Shown here: one piece after another, positions 9,119 through 19,162 of the stretch | Layout: every line of letters begins with the position of its first letter | Numbering within the stretch: position 1 is the first letter of the stretch | DNA from: Xenococcaceae cyanobacterium | Lineage (GTDB): Bacteria; Cyanobacteriota; Cyanobacteriia; Cyanobacteriales; JBFRWF01 | DNA: 64,000 nt | NCBI GenBank assembly: GCA_051439465.1 | Contig: JBFRWF010000101.1 | Location: 12,448-76,447 of the forward strand | Direction of reading: 5' to 3' | Translations under genes and position numbers: made by a program | Notes under the pieces: generated by a model | Told to the model about the DNA's origin: nothing | The model's database searches: none | Seen by the model: only the letters and a program-made list of their open reading frames with translations

Positions 9119-10432
9119 TTAACGACTCAGGTGTGCCAAAAATTTTGTTAAGACTGGAAGTTTCGCCTGGCTGCCAAAGTCAAAAGATTTTATCTTCTCC
9201 ACAATGTCTGGGTTGGGTTGATAAGAATCGATATTATCAAACACCCAACTGGTTCCACAACTCCAGCGAATCACATCAACTAATAACTCATCGGTCAATC
9301 CCATGTTCTTGCCAAGTTGATTCGCTTCCCCCAAGATTAAGTAATTGATATAGGCCATAAAATCCGTTAGAGATTGGGCGATATCCATCAATTTCTCATC
9401 TTTTAAAGGTTCCGGGGGAGCATACTCCAATTGATAGGGGCGAGGTTTGATCCGACCAAAACTATCTCTTACTCTTTCCTCAGAATGAACGTAACTGCGA
9501 TTCAAACCATAAGGCGATGGCGCTGTAAAATCAGGCACCCGCAAATCTAAATTGTTGTCCTCTTCAATTAATTTTGTCACCTTGACATGGTTATCATGGG
9601 CATCATATTTCTGCCCTGCTTCCCGATATCGCTCTTCTACAATACGCCCCAGTGGTAAAGGAACGTTCAGTTCGTCAGCTAATTTTACAGTTAAATCGGT
9701 ATCTTTCACCGTAATTTCCAAAGAACAGGAATAGTCATAACTGCCATCAAAAATAAATGGCGTTACTTGCTCGGAGACAAAACTATTGCCTTGGGAAGCT
9801 CGCATGAAATCCCACATCCAGAGCAGGGGAATGCCATTTATTTTGCAGATCGTTAGGACTTCTCCGACTGTAACCATTGCCGTATAAAACAGCAAGTTGG
9901 TTAACAGTTTTACGGTTTGAGCTTCCCCAATGGTGTTGCTAACAAAGAAGGAAATTTTGCCTATAGAATCGAGAGTTTCCTTACTCATGTCATAGCCTTC
10001 TTTATCTCCACTTACATAGAAACTCGCATTACAAAAATCCACCCCCATGTGCGATAGATTGCTGACGGGAGATTCTAAGCTGAATAGTCCTTTTTTGGCT
10101 GCTTCTTCTGCTATATGTTGGGTGTTATGGTAGTCAGTTGTGGAAAAATCCAGCCAAGTCGAACCGGTCCTCATGCCTTCCACTGCGCCGGTTTCCCCTA
10201 ACATATTTTCTAAGACATGATGGGGTAAGGGTAAATTGGTAATCACCAGAGCCGCGCCTTTGGCAACTTCCTTGGGGCTATCTTTCCAAACGGCCCCGGC
10301 GGCGATGACTGTTTTTGCCGCTTCTGGATACTTATCATAAACTTGGACTTCATACCCATCCTGAAGCAGTTTGTAGATGTGCTGTTTGCCCATTGCACCC
10401 GTGCCGATGTAGGCAACTGTCTGTTTGCTCAT
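9119..10432 (-). CDS. NAD(P)-dependent beta-hydroxyacid dehydrogenase family protein with C-terminal extension
   Basis: VAYIGTGAMG Rossmann motif, WLDFSTT, LESPVS, VKLLTNLL; extra C-terminal helical region ending WSCGTSW. Confidence 0.8.
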   Translation of the reverse strand: MSKQTVAYIGTGAMGKQHIYKLLQDGYEVQVYDKYPEAAKTVIAAGAVWKDSPKEVAKGAALVITNLPLPHHVLENMLGETGAVEGMRTGSTWLDFSTTDYHNTQHIAEEAAKKGLFSLESPVSNLSHMGVDFCNASFYVSGDKEGYDMSKETLDSIGKISFFVSNTIGEAQTVKLLTNLLFYTAMVTVGEVLTICKINGIPLLWMWDFMRASQGNSFVSEQVTPFIFDGSYDYSCSLEITVKDTDLTVKLADELNVPLPLGRIVEERYREAGQKYDAHDNHVKVTKLIEEDNNLDLRVPDFTAPSPYGLNRSYVHSEERVRDSFGRIKPRPYQLEYAPPEPLKDEKLMDIAQSLTDFMAYINYLILGEANQLGKNMGLTDELLVDVIRWSCGTSWVFDNIDSYQPNPDIVEKIKSFDFGSQAKLPVLTKFLAHLSR

Positions 10433-10479
10433 AAATTCCTTTGAGAATTTCAATTTTCACGAATAGACCGCTTTATTGG

Positions 10480-11553
10480 TTAAGGGTTGTTTTCAGGTGT
10501 AATTACGACTTTACCAAAAAAGCTTTTGCTTTGAAAAAACTTCTGAGCCTCTTGGATTTGACTCAGGGGGAAAACTTTAGCGACTGGAGGATTCAATAGA
10601 CCTCGTTCGATATATCCGAGCAAGTTCTGAAACACTTCTGGTTCATAACGGCTTGCTCCTTTCATCTCCACGTCCTTGTAAATCAGATCTCGCAAGTCCA
10701 GTTCAACCATTGGCCCTGCGATCGCCCCGGAAGTAACATATCTTCCTCCTACAACCAGACTTTTGAAGATAATATTAAAATACTTTCCTCCCACCACATC
10801 CAAGCTAACTGTTATTCGATGATTCTCTAAATTAGAAGCTAGTTGCTCATCTCGGCGATAAACGTAATCAGCCCCCAACTCCCTAGCCAAATACTCTTTG
10901 TTGGCTCCCACAATAGCAATAACCGTTGCCCCTCGAATTTTGCCTAACTGGATTGCCGCGCTGCCTACACCACCAGAAGCTCCCATAATTAATACTATAT
11001 CTTCGGCTGATACTCTTCCCTTTGTCAACAGATTTTCCGCTGTGGAATAAGCACAGGGTATCGTTGCTAACTCAACATCAGACAGGGATGAATTAATGGT
11101 GTAAACATTTGTAGCAGGGATTACCACATATTCAGCAAAACCTCCATCAAGTTCACTGCCAACATACTGATATTCTGCATATAATTTACCAGTACGAACC
11201 CAAGGATCCACAATCACCCGTTTATTGAGGATTTCCTGCTTAACATCCTCACCAATTTCGACCGCTTCCCCCACTAGATCGGCTCCCTGAATCCGAGGAA
11301 ATTTAATACCCATCTGATTCCAGGTTGCTTTTCTTCCCTCGTTGAGCTTAGTATCTTGCAGGATTTCTTGAAACCCTTCATCTGCTGCATACCACCCAGT
11401 CCGGGTATTCAAATCTGTATTGTTGATAGAACATGCTCCTACTTTGATTAATACTTCTCCCTTCTGGGGGGTTGGTTTAGGGACTTGGGTGTAGACTAAT
11501 TTTTCCAGCCCACCATATCCAGTGAGAACAACCGCATTCATTAATTGTGTCAT
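10480..11553 (-). CDS. MDR-family alcohol dehydrogenase / quinone oxidoreductase
   Basis: FPRIQGAD, DGGFAEYV, GASGGVGSAAIQL, FGKVVI. Confidence 0.9.
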   Translation of the reverse strand: MTQLMNAVVLTGYGGLEKLVYTQVPKPTPQKGEVLIKVGACSINNTDLNTRTGWYAADEGFQEILQDTKLNEGRKATWNQMGIKFPRIQGADLVGEAVEIGEDVKQEILNKRVIVDPWVRTGKLYAEYQYVGSELDGGFAEYVVIPATNVYTINSSLSDVELATIPCAYSTAENLLTKGRVSAEDIVLIMGASGGVGSAAIQLGKIRGATVIAIVGANKEYLARELGADYVYRRDEQLASNLENHRITVSLDVVGGKYFNIIFKSLVVGGRYVTSGAIAGPMVELDLRDLIYKDVEMKGASRYEPEVFQNLLGYIERGLLNPPVAKVFPLSQIQEAQKFFQSKSFFGKVVITPENNP

Positions 11554-11659
11554 CGTTTTTGGTTCCCTTGATAATTATGACTAAGCTGAAAAGGATATAG
11601 TTTGCGCGCACAAACTATATCCTGGGCTTCAAAACACACAAATTAAATGATTATCAGCT

Positions 11660-11790
11660 TCCCTTTCGACCATGACCCTTTGCTACAGTAGCTTGGGGTC
11701 AACACCGGAACCCACCTCAACCACTTTGCCAACAATATCGGCTCCTTGGATCCGAGGAAATTGGATCGAGGTTTGTCCCCAAGCGGTTGA
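11660..11790 (-). pseudogene. Fragment of a second MDR oxidoreductase
   Basis: AWGQTSIQFPRIQGADIVGKVVEVGSGVDPKLL*QRVMV aligns with TWNQMGIKFPRIQGADLVGEAVEIGEDVKQEILNKRVIV of 10480-11553. Confidence 0.8.
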
Positions 11791-11848
11791 GGTGTGAATG
11801 GTTGTTGAAGCGGTATCTTGGAGAACCGCTTCAAACTTATATATGACT

Positions 11849-12544
11849 TTAGCAAACTCTAAAAGCCCAGTAGTGAGCACCTTCTTCGGCAATGTAGGGA
11901 CCGTCAATAATGGAGCTAACAAGCTTGACCTTGTTTTCGGCTTGGAGTCGATGGCAAACCTCTTGAAAATCTGAACTGTCGTAATAGCTTTTGCGAGTAC
12001 TCACAACTACTAACCCGCCAGGCTTAGTCAAGCGAATCATTTCTTCCAGGGCTGTGGGGGGCACATGACCTAGGGTGAAAACCCCGCAACTAATGGCAGC
12101 ATCATAGCTACTATCAGCGTAGGCTTCGATGGGTTGAGTCATGTCACATCCCCCGGTTAAAGTGCGATAAGCTCGGGTTTTTTCAGCTTCCTCAACCATG
12201 CCATAGGACAGATCGAACCCATCGATATTGTGATAACCTTTGCGACGGAGAGCAAATCCAACGAGGCCCGTTCCACATCCTGCATCTAGAATTTCAATCG
12301 CGGGATTGCGTAAATTCAAAAACTTGCCATTTTGCTTGGGCAACAAATCAAAATAGGCAGTAATGTAATCAGGACCACAGTAGTCCTCATTTGCCACATC
12401 TTGATTATAGGTGCCCGACCATCGATCGTAGTACTGCTTTATATCCTCAGGGTTTCCAGAAAGCTTGTGGGCTTCCTTAATCGCATCAAAACTACTGACA
12501 GTCTTGGCAGTTTTGGGTTGAGTAATGGTTCTACTCACAAACAT
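11849..12544 (-). CDS. Class I SAM-dependent methyltransferase (METTL27/WBSCR27-like)
   Basis: YYDRWSGTY, ILDAGCGTGLVG, DGFDLSYGM, GVFTLGHVP. Confidence 0.85.
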   Translation of the reverse strand: MFVSRTITQPKTAKTVSSFDAIKEAHKLSGNPEDIKQYYDRWSGTYNQDVANEDYCGPDYITAYFDLLPKQNGKFLNLRNPAIEILDAGCGTGLVGFALRRKGYHNIDGFDLSYGMVEEAEKTRAYRTLTGGCDMTQPIEAYADSSYDAAISCGVFTLGHVPPTALEEMIRLTKPGGLVVVSTRKSYYDSSDFQEVCHRLQAENKVKLVSSIIDGPYIAEEGAHYWAFRVC

Positions 12545-12629
12545 ATACCTCTCGTTGTTAACAACTTTTGATATCTCTGTAGAGGAGCGACAATGGAAAT
12601 ATTAGTCTAACTCCTATCAGGAGAGACTT

Positions 12630-13112
12630 CTATTGCGGAAAAGTTGCAAGAATTTTAGTCATCACAGGAAGATGACATTTTTGGCTAAAGTCGAACTGCT
12701 TAATCTTGGCTAGGGATTGTCGATCAGGATGATAGAAAACTTCGTGATCAGAGACCCAACTGGTTCCACAGCTCCACCGAACAACTTCCTTCAACAGATC
12801 TCTCGTCAAGCCCATATTTTCCCCTAGCATGTAGGCTTCTTCTAGAATAACATAGTTAGTGTAAGCCATGAAGTTTGTTAATGCTTTTGCTATTTCGAGC
12901 GCGCTGCTATCTAGCTCACAGGGCCTGGAATTCTTAAATCCCGGCTGTTTTCTTCTTCAACCAATTTATTGACAATGACATGGTTATCATGGGGCTTATA
13001 TTTTTGCCCAGCTTGATGATAACGTTCCGCCACTAAACGTTTCTCACAAGCAGGAGCCAGAATGGATAGAATCTATGCCCTGCTGGAGTTATAGCCGATC
13101 AGTAAAAAAGCC
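12630..13112 (-). pseudogene. Decayed paralogue of the 9119-10432 dehydrogenase
   Basis: Pieces RLVAERYHQAGQKYKPHDNHVIVNKLVEEENSRDLRIP and MAYTNYVILEEAYMLGENMGLT...VRWSCGTSW match the intact copy, with large internal deletions. Confidence 0.85.
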
Positions 13113-13153
13113 TTTTCTTCCATACCTTCTCAGATTACCAGATTTCGTTCCCC

Positions 13154-13170
13154 CCCCCCTGAACAGTTAC
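13154..13170 (+). repeat. Right copy of 17-bp direct repeat
   Basis: CCCCCCTGAACAGTTAC, matches 5926-5942. Confidence 0.55.
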
Positions 13171-13349
13171 AAACTCTTAGGGGAGGCGATGACATTAATC
13201 AATATTTGTTATGACAAAAAACTTCATCCTTAATCATCCCATAATCGTGGAATTTTTTCTAGGATTAGAATACATTCTTAGAAATAATGATTATCATTAT
13301 TATTAGAGACTTTTTAGATTTATTCTATTATAAGACTGAGGATAGCGAT

Positions 13350-13408
13350 TGCTCGGACTCTCTTAATAAAACTTAACACAGTTTAGTTTACTTATGTCCG
13401 ACTACTTA
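13350..13408 (-). mobile_element. Solo end of a TAAGTAGTCGGACATAA-type MITE
   Basis: TTATGTCCGACTACTTA is identical at 54206-54222; related end in the opposite orientation at 45687-45709. Confidence 0.55.
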
Positions 13409-13456
13409 CTCTCCTGTGGGACGCGCTCGACTGCCAAGGTCGGGGGAGTAACAATA

Positions 13457-13824
13457 CTGCTCGGTTAAGGATTTTTGGTTTTCCCCTAGTCTGAGTAGGG
13501 GAGTAGGGGAGTCAGGAGTGGGGAAGTAGTTTCTAAGTGGGGGAGTAGGGAGTAGGGACTAGGGACTAGGGGAGTAACTTAAATAGGCATGGTTCAATAT
13601 GCCGAGTGGTAAGGTAACACAATAGGGGTGTTAGTCTGGGGAACTTTTAGAACCTTGTCCCGGAGTCCGGTGTCTCCCCGTCTCCCCGTCTCCCCGTCTC
13701 CCCGTCTATAGTGTTACTCTGTTTTGAACCATGCCCTTAAATACATCTTCTCCCTCTCTCCCACCTCCCTAGCGAAGCGGGCTCCCCTACAGTCTCAACC
13801 GACAATTTTTTGTTAACCGAGCAG
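13457..13824. mobile_element. 368-bp MITE with TA target duplication, directly upstream of hypA
   Basis: Perfect 12-bp TIR CTGCTCGGTTAA / TTAACCGAGCAG flanked by TA; internal GGGGAGTA and AGGGACT repeats. Confidence 0.8.
13586..13735. mobile_element. 150-bp MITE nested in the previous one, 8-bp target duplication
   Basis: Perfect TIR GGCATGGTTCAA / TTGAACCATGCC flanked on both sides by CTTAAATA; internal TCTCCCCG repeats. Confidence 0.85.
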
Positions 13825-13833
13825 TATTGACTA

Positions 13834-14175
13834 ATGCACGAAGTTAGCATCATGGAACAAACCCTAGAAATCGCCTTGGAAAATGCTCGTAACCAAGGCG
13901 CTCAGAAAATCCATCGCTTAAAAATGCGCATTGGTGCTATGTCTGGGGTTGTTCCCGAAGCATTGGAGTTTGCATTTGATGTCGTTACCCAAGGAACCAT
14001 TGCTCAAGGAGCTAAGCTAGAAATAGAGACAGTTCCAGTAATTTGCTACTGTTCCCACTGCCACTTAGAATTTCAACCCCCTGACCTATTTTATGAGTGT
14101 CCTCAATGTGGTCAACTCAGTCCCCAAATTCTTGCTGGACGCGAAATTGAACTGACATCCTTGGAGGTATCTTAA
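13834..14175 (+). CDS. hypA: Hydrogenase maturation nickel metallochaperone
   Basis: MHEVSI, two CxxC motifs, GREIEL. Confidence 0.97.
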   Translation: MHEVSIMEQTLEIALENARNQGAQKIHRLKMRIGAMSGVVPEALEFAFDVVTQGTIAQGAKLEIETVPVICYCSHCHLEFQPPDLFYECPQCGQLSPQILAGREIELTSLEVS

Positions 14176-14177
14176 TT

Positions 14178-14981
14178 ATGTGTGAACATTGCGGCTGTAG
14201 CGTTGTTGGTGAAATTGGGATTCATAGAGATCTCCATGAACACGAACACGATCGCACTCATCACCATCATCATCACCATAATAACGAAAATGGGCATCGG
14301 TCGGTCAAAATTACCCAATCTATTCTCAGCAAAAATGACCGCCTTGCAGAACGCAACCGGGGCTATTTCTTGGCAAAAGAATTGCTGGTGCTGAACCTGG
14401 TATCGAGTCCTGGTTCTGGGAAAACTGCTTTCTTGGAAAGAATGATCGCAGACCTGAAAGATAAACTGAAATCTGGTGTCATTGTCGGTGATTTAGAAAC
14501 CGACAACGATGCACAACGTTTACGCAGCATTGGTGTGCCTGTGGTGCAAATTACGACGGGAACGGTTTGTCACCTAGAAGCAGATATGGTGATGCGGGCG
14601 GCGCAACAAATTAACCTCGATCCGCTCAATTTACTCCTCATTGAAAATGTCGGTAATTTGGTTTGTCCTGCTTCCTATAACTTAGGTGAAGACTTGCGCG
14701 TGGTGCTGCTATCCGTCACCGAAGGAGAAGATAAGCCATTGAAATATCCCACCATGTTTAAATCTGCTGATGTAGTAATTGTGAATAAGATTGACATTGC
14801 TGAGGTCGTGGGATTTGAGCGGGAAAAGGCGCTGATAAATATTCAAAGGATTGCGCCTCAAGCCACAATTTTTGAAGTTTCTGCGCGAACAGGTGCGGGG
14901 ATGGAAGCTTGGTATGCCTATCTAGAAAAATATATCCGGGGTCAGACACATTTACATCTACTAAAAGCTCTTAAAAGCTAA
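14178..14981 (+). CDS. hypB: Hydrogenase nickel incorporation GTPase
   Basis: MCEHCGC, His-rich tract, [33 protein letters not shown]. Confidence 0.97.
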   Translation: MCEHCGCSVVGEIGIHRDLHEHEHDRTHHHHHHHNNENGHRSVKITQSILSKNDRLAERNRGYFLAKELLVLNLVSSPGSGKTAFLERMIADLKDKLKSGVIVGDLETDNDAQRLRSIGVPVVQITTGTVCHLEADMVMRAAQQINLDPLNLLLIENVGNLVCPASYNLGEDLRVVLLSVTEGEDKPLKYPTMFKSADVVIVNKIDIAEVVGFEREKALINIQRIAPQATIFEVSARTGAGMEAWYAYLEKYIRGQTHLHLLKALKS

Positions 14982-15029
14982 TAGTAGTGATAAGAATGGA
15001 ACACGGATGACGCGGATGACGCGGATTTC

Positions 15030-15174
15030 CACAGATAGTCAGCTCTTGTAGGGTGGGCAAAATGGATTATAGTTATGGCTAATAAACTTATGAGATTGAC
15101 TTTGCCCACCAAACTTTTTGCACAGATAGTCAGCTCTTGTAGAGTGGGCAAAATGGATTATAGTTATGGCTAAT
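15030..15174. repeat. Two direct copies of about 54 bp with REP-like GTAGGGTGGGCAA/TTGCCCACC hairpin
   Basis: 15030-15083 and 15121-15174 are nearly identical; the second overlaps the recN stop. Confidence 0.75.
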
Positions 15175-16933
15175 TCTCGGCACGATGAGCAGCTGCTTGA
15201 GCAAGAAGTGACTCGGCAAAGGCGATCGCTTCATGAGCAGAATGTCCCCCCGTTAGCTGGGCAAGTTCTTCCCGCCTTGTACGATGATTATCTAAAACTG
15301 TAACCCGAACCACTGTCCGGATTTCTGGCAGATTCAAGTTAAAAGACTCTGATTTTTTACTCCCAACTAGAGGAGATTCGTCGATAATTTGCTTATCCAC
15401 CCGGAAGTGAGCATCTGCCATTGCTGCCACTAATGCTTGGTGAGTGACGCACAAAACCTGATGTTTTTGACTGAGTTGATGCAGTTTTTCCGCGATCGCC
15501 TGGGCAACTCGCCCGGAAACCCCCGCGTCAATTTCATCAAAAATCAATGTTCCTGAACTCTGTTCTGAATTAGAGAAACAAGCTTTCAGCGCCAGCAGAA
15601 AGCGGCTCATTTCCCCTCCAGAAGCTGTACTAGAAAGGGGTTGCACTTTCTCTCCAGGATTAGGGCTGAAATAATAAACCACCTGATCCGAACCAGCAAC
15701 ACTGGGAGGACAAGGAGTAATGCGACATTGAAATATTACCTTGTCCATTGCCAAAGGCTTCAGTTCCTTTACTAGCTGTTTCTCTAATCGAACAGCCGCT
15801 TCTCGTCGCAGCTGGGTCAGTTGCTGACAAAGTTTTGTTAAATTTTCTTGACAAGCTTGGTATTCTTGTTCTAAATCTTCCAGGGATTGACCGCTATCCG
15901 TAAGTTCTTCCAGTTCAAGTTGCAGCTTTTTATAGTAAGCGATTGCTTCTGCTAAACTTGGCCCATATTTGCGACAAATATGCTTCAGCAAGCGTATTCT
16001 TTCCTCTACCTCTGCCAGACGTTCTGGATCGGCTTCCAACCCATCCCCATAAGCATTAATCTGATGTCCCGCTTCTACCACTTGGATTAGTGCCGCCCTG
16101 ACCATTTCCAGTACTGGCTCTATTCCTTTATCATAGCTAACCATATTTGTCAAGGTAGATTCGGCTTTTCCCAACAGGTCTGCCCCTGCTGACTCACCTG
16201 TATCATTTTGGTATAGTAGTTGATAGACCTGGTAACTGAGTTGTTGTAATTCGACCACATGGGAGAGGCGATCGCGTTCTTGTTCAAGTTGTTCGAGTTC
16301 CTCCCCATTCTTCAACTCTGCCGCCTCTAGTTCCTTAATTTGATATTGGAGCAAATCTAGCCTTTGCAAGCGTTGCTGCTCCGACTGACGGCGTTTTTCC
16401 AAAGCTTTCTCTGTGGTTTGCCAGGCTTCATAGGCGGAGCCCACCACCTTTCCCTGGTGCAGGAGGGATTCACCCCCATATAAATCTAGTAAATCCCGTT
16501 GAATTACCGGAATCATGAGCTGTACAGTTTGTCCCTGGGCGGTAATTTCCACCAAGCGATCGCGCAGTTGTGCCATCAACTGCCGATTTACCAGCACCCC
16601 ATTCACGCGAGAGCGCGATCGCAAGCTACCTCTAGCTACCGCAATCTCCCGGCTACAAACCACACTAGCCTCATCCAGCAGTTCAATTTCCTGCTCCCTC
16701 AGCCACTCCATCAGAGCTGTATCTGCCTGAAAAGTCGCCTCCACCATCGCCCTTTGTGCACCTTGCCGAATCAAGCGGCTATTCACCTTGCCACCCAAGG
16801 CAATATCAATGGCATCGAGAATGATTGACTTCCCAGCCCCAGTTTCGCCAGTCAGGACATTCAAACCAGCGCCAAACTCTAATTCTAGCTGGTCAATCAA
16901 AGCAAAATTTTTAATTCGCAGAGAAAAGAGCAT
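15170..16933 (-). CDS. recN: DNA repair protein RecN
   Basis: LTGETGAGKSI, ASGGEMSRFLLAL, IFDEIDAGVSG, VLCVTHQ. Confidence 0.96.
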   Translation of the reverse strand: MLFSLRIKNFALIDQLELEFGAGLNVLTGETGAGKSIILDAIDIALGGKVNSRLIRQGAQRAMVEATFQADTALMEWLREQEIELLDEASVVCSREIAVARGSLRSRSRVNGVLVNRQLMAQLRDRLVEITAQGQTVQLMIPVIQRDLLDLYGGESLLHQGKVVGSAYEAWQTTEKALEKRRQSEQQRLQRLDLLQYQIKELEAAELKNGEELEQLEQERDRLSHVVELQQLSYQVYQLLYQNDTGESAGADLLGKAESTLTNMVSYDKGIEPVLEMVRAALIQVVEAGHQINAYGDGLEADPERLAEVEERIRLLKHICRKYGPSLAEAIAYYKKLQLELEELTDSGQSLEDLEQEYQACQENLTKLCQQLTQLRREAAVRLEKQLVKELKPLAMDKVIFQCRITPCPPSVAGSDQVVYYFSPNPGEKVQPLSSTASGGEMSRFLLALKACFSNSEQSSGTLIFDEIDAGVSGRVAQAIAEKLHQLSQKHQVLCVTHQALVAAMADAHFRVDKQIIDESPLVGSKKSESFNLNLPEIRTVVRVTVLDNHRTRREELAQLTGGHSAHEAIAFAESLLAQAAAHRAEN

Positions 16934-17078
16934 TTATAACCACTTTCCAGTCAAACTGAATTTAAAGCTACAGCTATTATTTGAGCCCAGAAACCGATAA
17001 GTTGACTAAATAAACCTCTTCGAGACAAAATTGTTACAATAGTTTACACGGAAGTTCCTAGCGTTGATCTTAAATCTT

Positions 17079-19097
17079 ATGCCTAAACAAACACTATCCC
17101 CAGATTCACAGCCGAGAGAATCAGTAACCGTTGAATCTCAGCCCATAAGGATACCACAGAGGCATGAAGAATCGTTAGGCCCAGTTAGTGACGCTTCACC
17201 TGAGAGTTGGCGCTACGATCCAGCCGCGATCAATGCTTACTATCGGCGGCGTCCCTTACAAATTATCGGTAGATTCATTAATATTATCTTCCCCTTTGCC
17301 GTCTTTACTCTCAGTTTATGGTGGGACAAAATCAGGGGGAAATCTGCCCAGAACCAGCAACAACAGGCGATTCAGCTCAGGGAAATCTTAACTAACCTGG
17401 GGCCAACCTACATAAAAGTAGGGCAAGCTCTCTCCACACGACCGGATTTAATTCCTCCCATCTATCTGGAAGAACTGGCTAAACTACAAGACCAACTGCC
17501 CTCTTTTCCCAACGAGGTTGCTTATCGCTTTATTGAAGAAGAGCTAGGAGCACCCCCGGAAGAAATCTACGGGGAACTCTCCCCTGAACCCATCGCAGCC
17601 GCCTCTTTGGGGCAAGTTTATCAAGGCAAGCTCAAAACTGGCGAAGCAGTGGCTGTGAAAGTCCAGCGCCCTGACTTGATTCGACGCATTACCCTAGATA
17701 TCTACATCATGCGCAGCCTCGCTAGCTGGGCGCAAAACAACATTAAACGGGTGCGTTCCGATCTCATCGCTATTACCGATGAATTAGCTGCCCGTATCTT
17801 TGAAGAAATGAATTATGTCCAGGAGGGACGCAACGCGGAACGGTTTGCCAAACTCTATGGTCATCTGCCCGAAATTTATGTGCCTAGAATTTATTGGGAA
17901 TATACGGCGCGGCGCGTCCTGACAATGGAATGGGTAACAGGGATAAAGCTAACTAATATCAAGGAAGTTCAAGCTCAAGGAATAGACGCGACGCATTTGG
18001 TGGAAGTTGGGGTGAATTGTTCTCTGCGCCAACTGCTCGAACATGGCTTTTTTCATGCTGATCCCCATCCTGGCAATCTCTTAGCCATGCCTGATGGCAA
18101 ATTGGCTTATCTTGACTTTGGCATGATGAGCAATATCAAACCTTATCAGCGCTATGGTTTAATCGAAGCGGTGGTGCATTTGGTTAACCGAGACTTTGAA
18201 TCATTGGCTTGCGATTATATCAAGTTAGAGTTTCTCACGCCGGATACTGACCTAACACCAATTATCCCTGCCTTGGCTCAGGTGTTTGGCAATGCTTTGG
18301 GAGCTAGTGTTGCTGAGTTAAACTTCAAGAGCATCACCGATCAGATGTCGGCGATGATGTATGAGTTTCCCTTCCGGGTACCTGCCTATTATGCGCTAAT
18401 TATTCGTTCTATGGTAACTTTGGAGGGGATTGCTATTGGCATTGATCCAAATTTTAAAGTTTTGAGCAAAGCATATCCCTACGTTGCCAAGCGTTTGCTA
18501 ATAGACCCCTCACCGGAACTCCGAGCATCTTTGCGTGACCTATTATTTAAAGATGATAGCTTCCGCTGGCATCGTTTAGAGAATTTGTTGCGCAATGCTC
18601 GTAGCTCTCCAGATTATAATTTTGATAAGGTACTGAATCAGGGGTTAGACTTTCTCTTATCTGAGCGGGGTGCTTTTATTCGGGAACGACTGGTTGATGA
18701 AATTATTAATGTGGTGGATCTGTTCGGACGCAGGACTTTATTTAATTTTTCCACATCAGTGCGAGAGCAAGTAGGGTTAGCTGTGAAAGAGACACCACCG
18801 GAGTTGAGGGAGAATTCCTATAGTTTAAAGCATCTGAAGAATATTTTGGTGATTCTGCAAGAAACCCCTGGTTTTGATGCTAAAAGTCTCCTGCCGTTGA
18901 TTCCTGAATTGTTGGCGAAGCCGCAAACTCAACAGATGGGGCAAAAAATTGCTGAGGGGTTAGCGCAAAAAGTGGCAGCACGGCTGATTCGGAATATGTT
19001 GTTAGATTTAGATGTGCCGCAGAATGGCTCTCACAATGGTTCGGGAAGTGTACAGAAACCCCTATTATCTTTACCTCCAGCAGTGGCGCTTCGTTAG
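17079..19097 (+). CDS. ABC1/AarF/UbiB family atypical kinase
   Basis: LGPTYIKVGQALSTRPD, AAASLGQVY, VAVKVQRP, FFHADPHPGN, DFGMM. Confidence 0.93.
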   Translation: MPKQTLSPDSQPRESVTVESQPIRIPQRHEESLGPVSDASPESWRYDPAAINAYYRRRPLQIIGRFINIIFPFAVFTLSLWWDKIRGKSAQNQQQQAIQLREILTNLGPTYIKVGQALSTRPDLIPPIYLEELAKLQDQLPSFPNEVAYRFIEEELGAPPEEIYGELSPEPIAAASLGQVYQGKLKTGEAVAVKVQRPDLIRRITLDIYIMRSLASWAQNNIKRVRSDLIAITDELAARIFEEMNYVQEGRNAERFAKLYGHLPEIYVPRIYWEYTARRVLTMEWVTGIKLTNIKEVQAQGIDATHLVEVGVNCSLRQLLEHGFFHADPHPGNLLAMPDGKLAYLDFGMMSNIKPYQRYGLIEAVVHLVNRDFESLACDYIKLEFLTPDTDLTPIIPALAQVFGNALGASVAELNFKSITDQMSAMMYEFPFRVPAYYALIIRSMVTLEGIAIGIDPNFKVLSKAYPYVAKRLLIDPSPELRASLRDLLFKDDSFRWHRLENLLRNARSSPDYNFDKVLNQGLDFLLSERGAFIRERLVDEIINVVDLFGRRTLFNFSTSVREQVGLAVKETPPELRENSYSLKHLKNILVILQETPGFDAKSLLPLIPELLAKPQTQQMGQKIAEGLAQKVAARLIRNMLLDLDVPQNGSHNGSGSVQKPLLSLPPAVALR

Positions 19098-19162
19098 AGG
19101 ATTGGTTCAGCTTTGTTTGGGGGAATATCAAATGCAACTTTCGTTGTGGGGGAGCCAAATCT

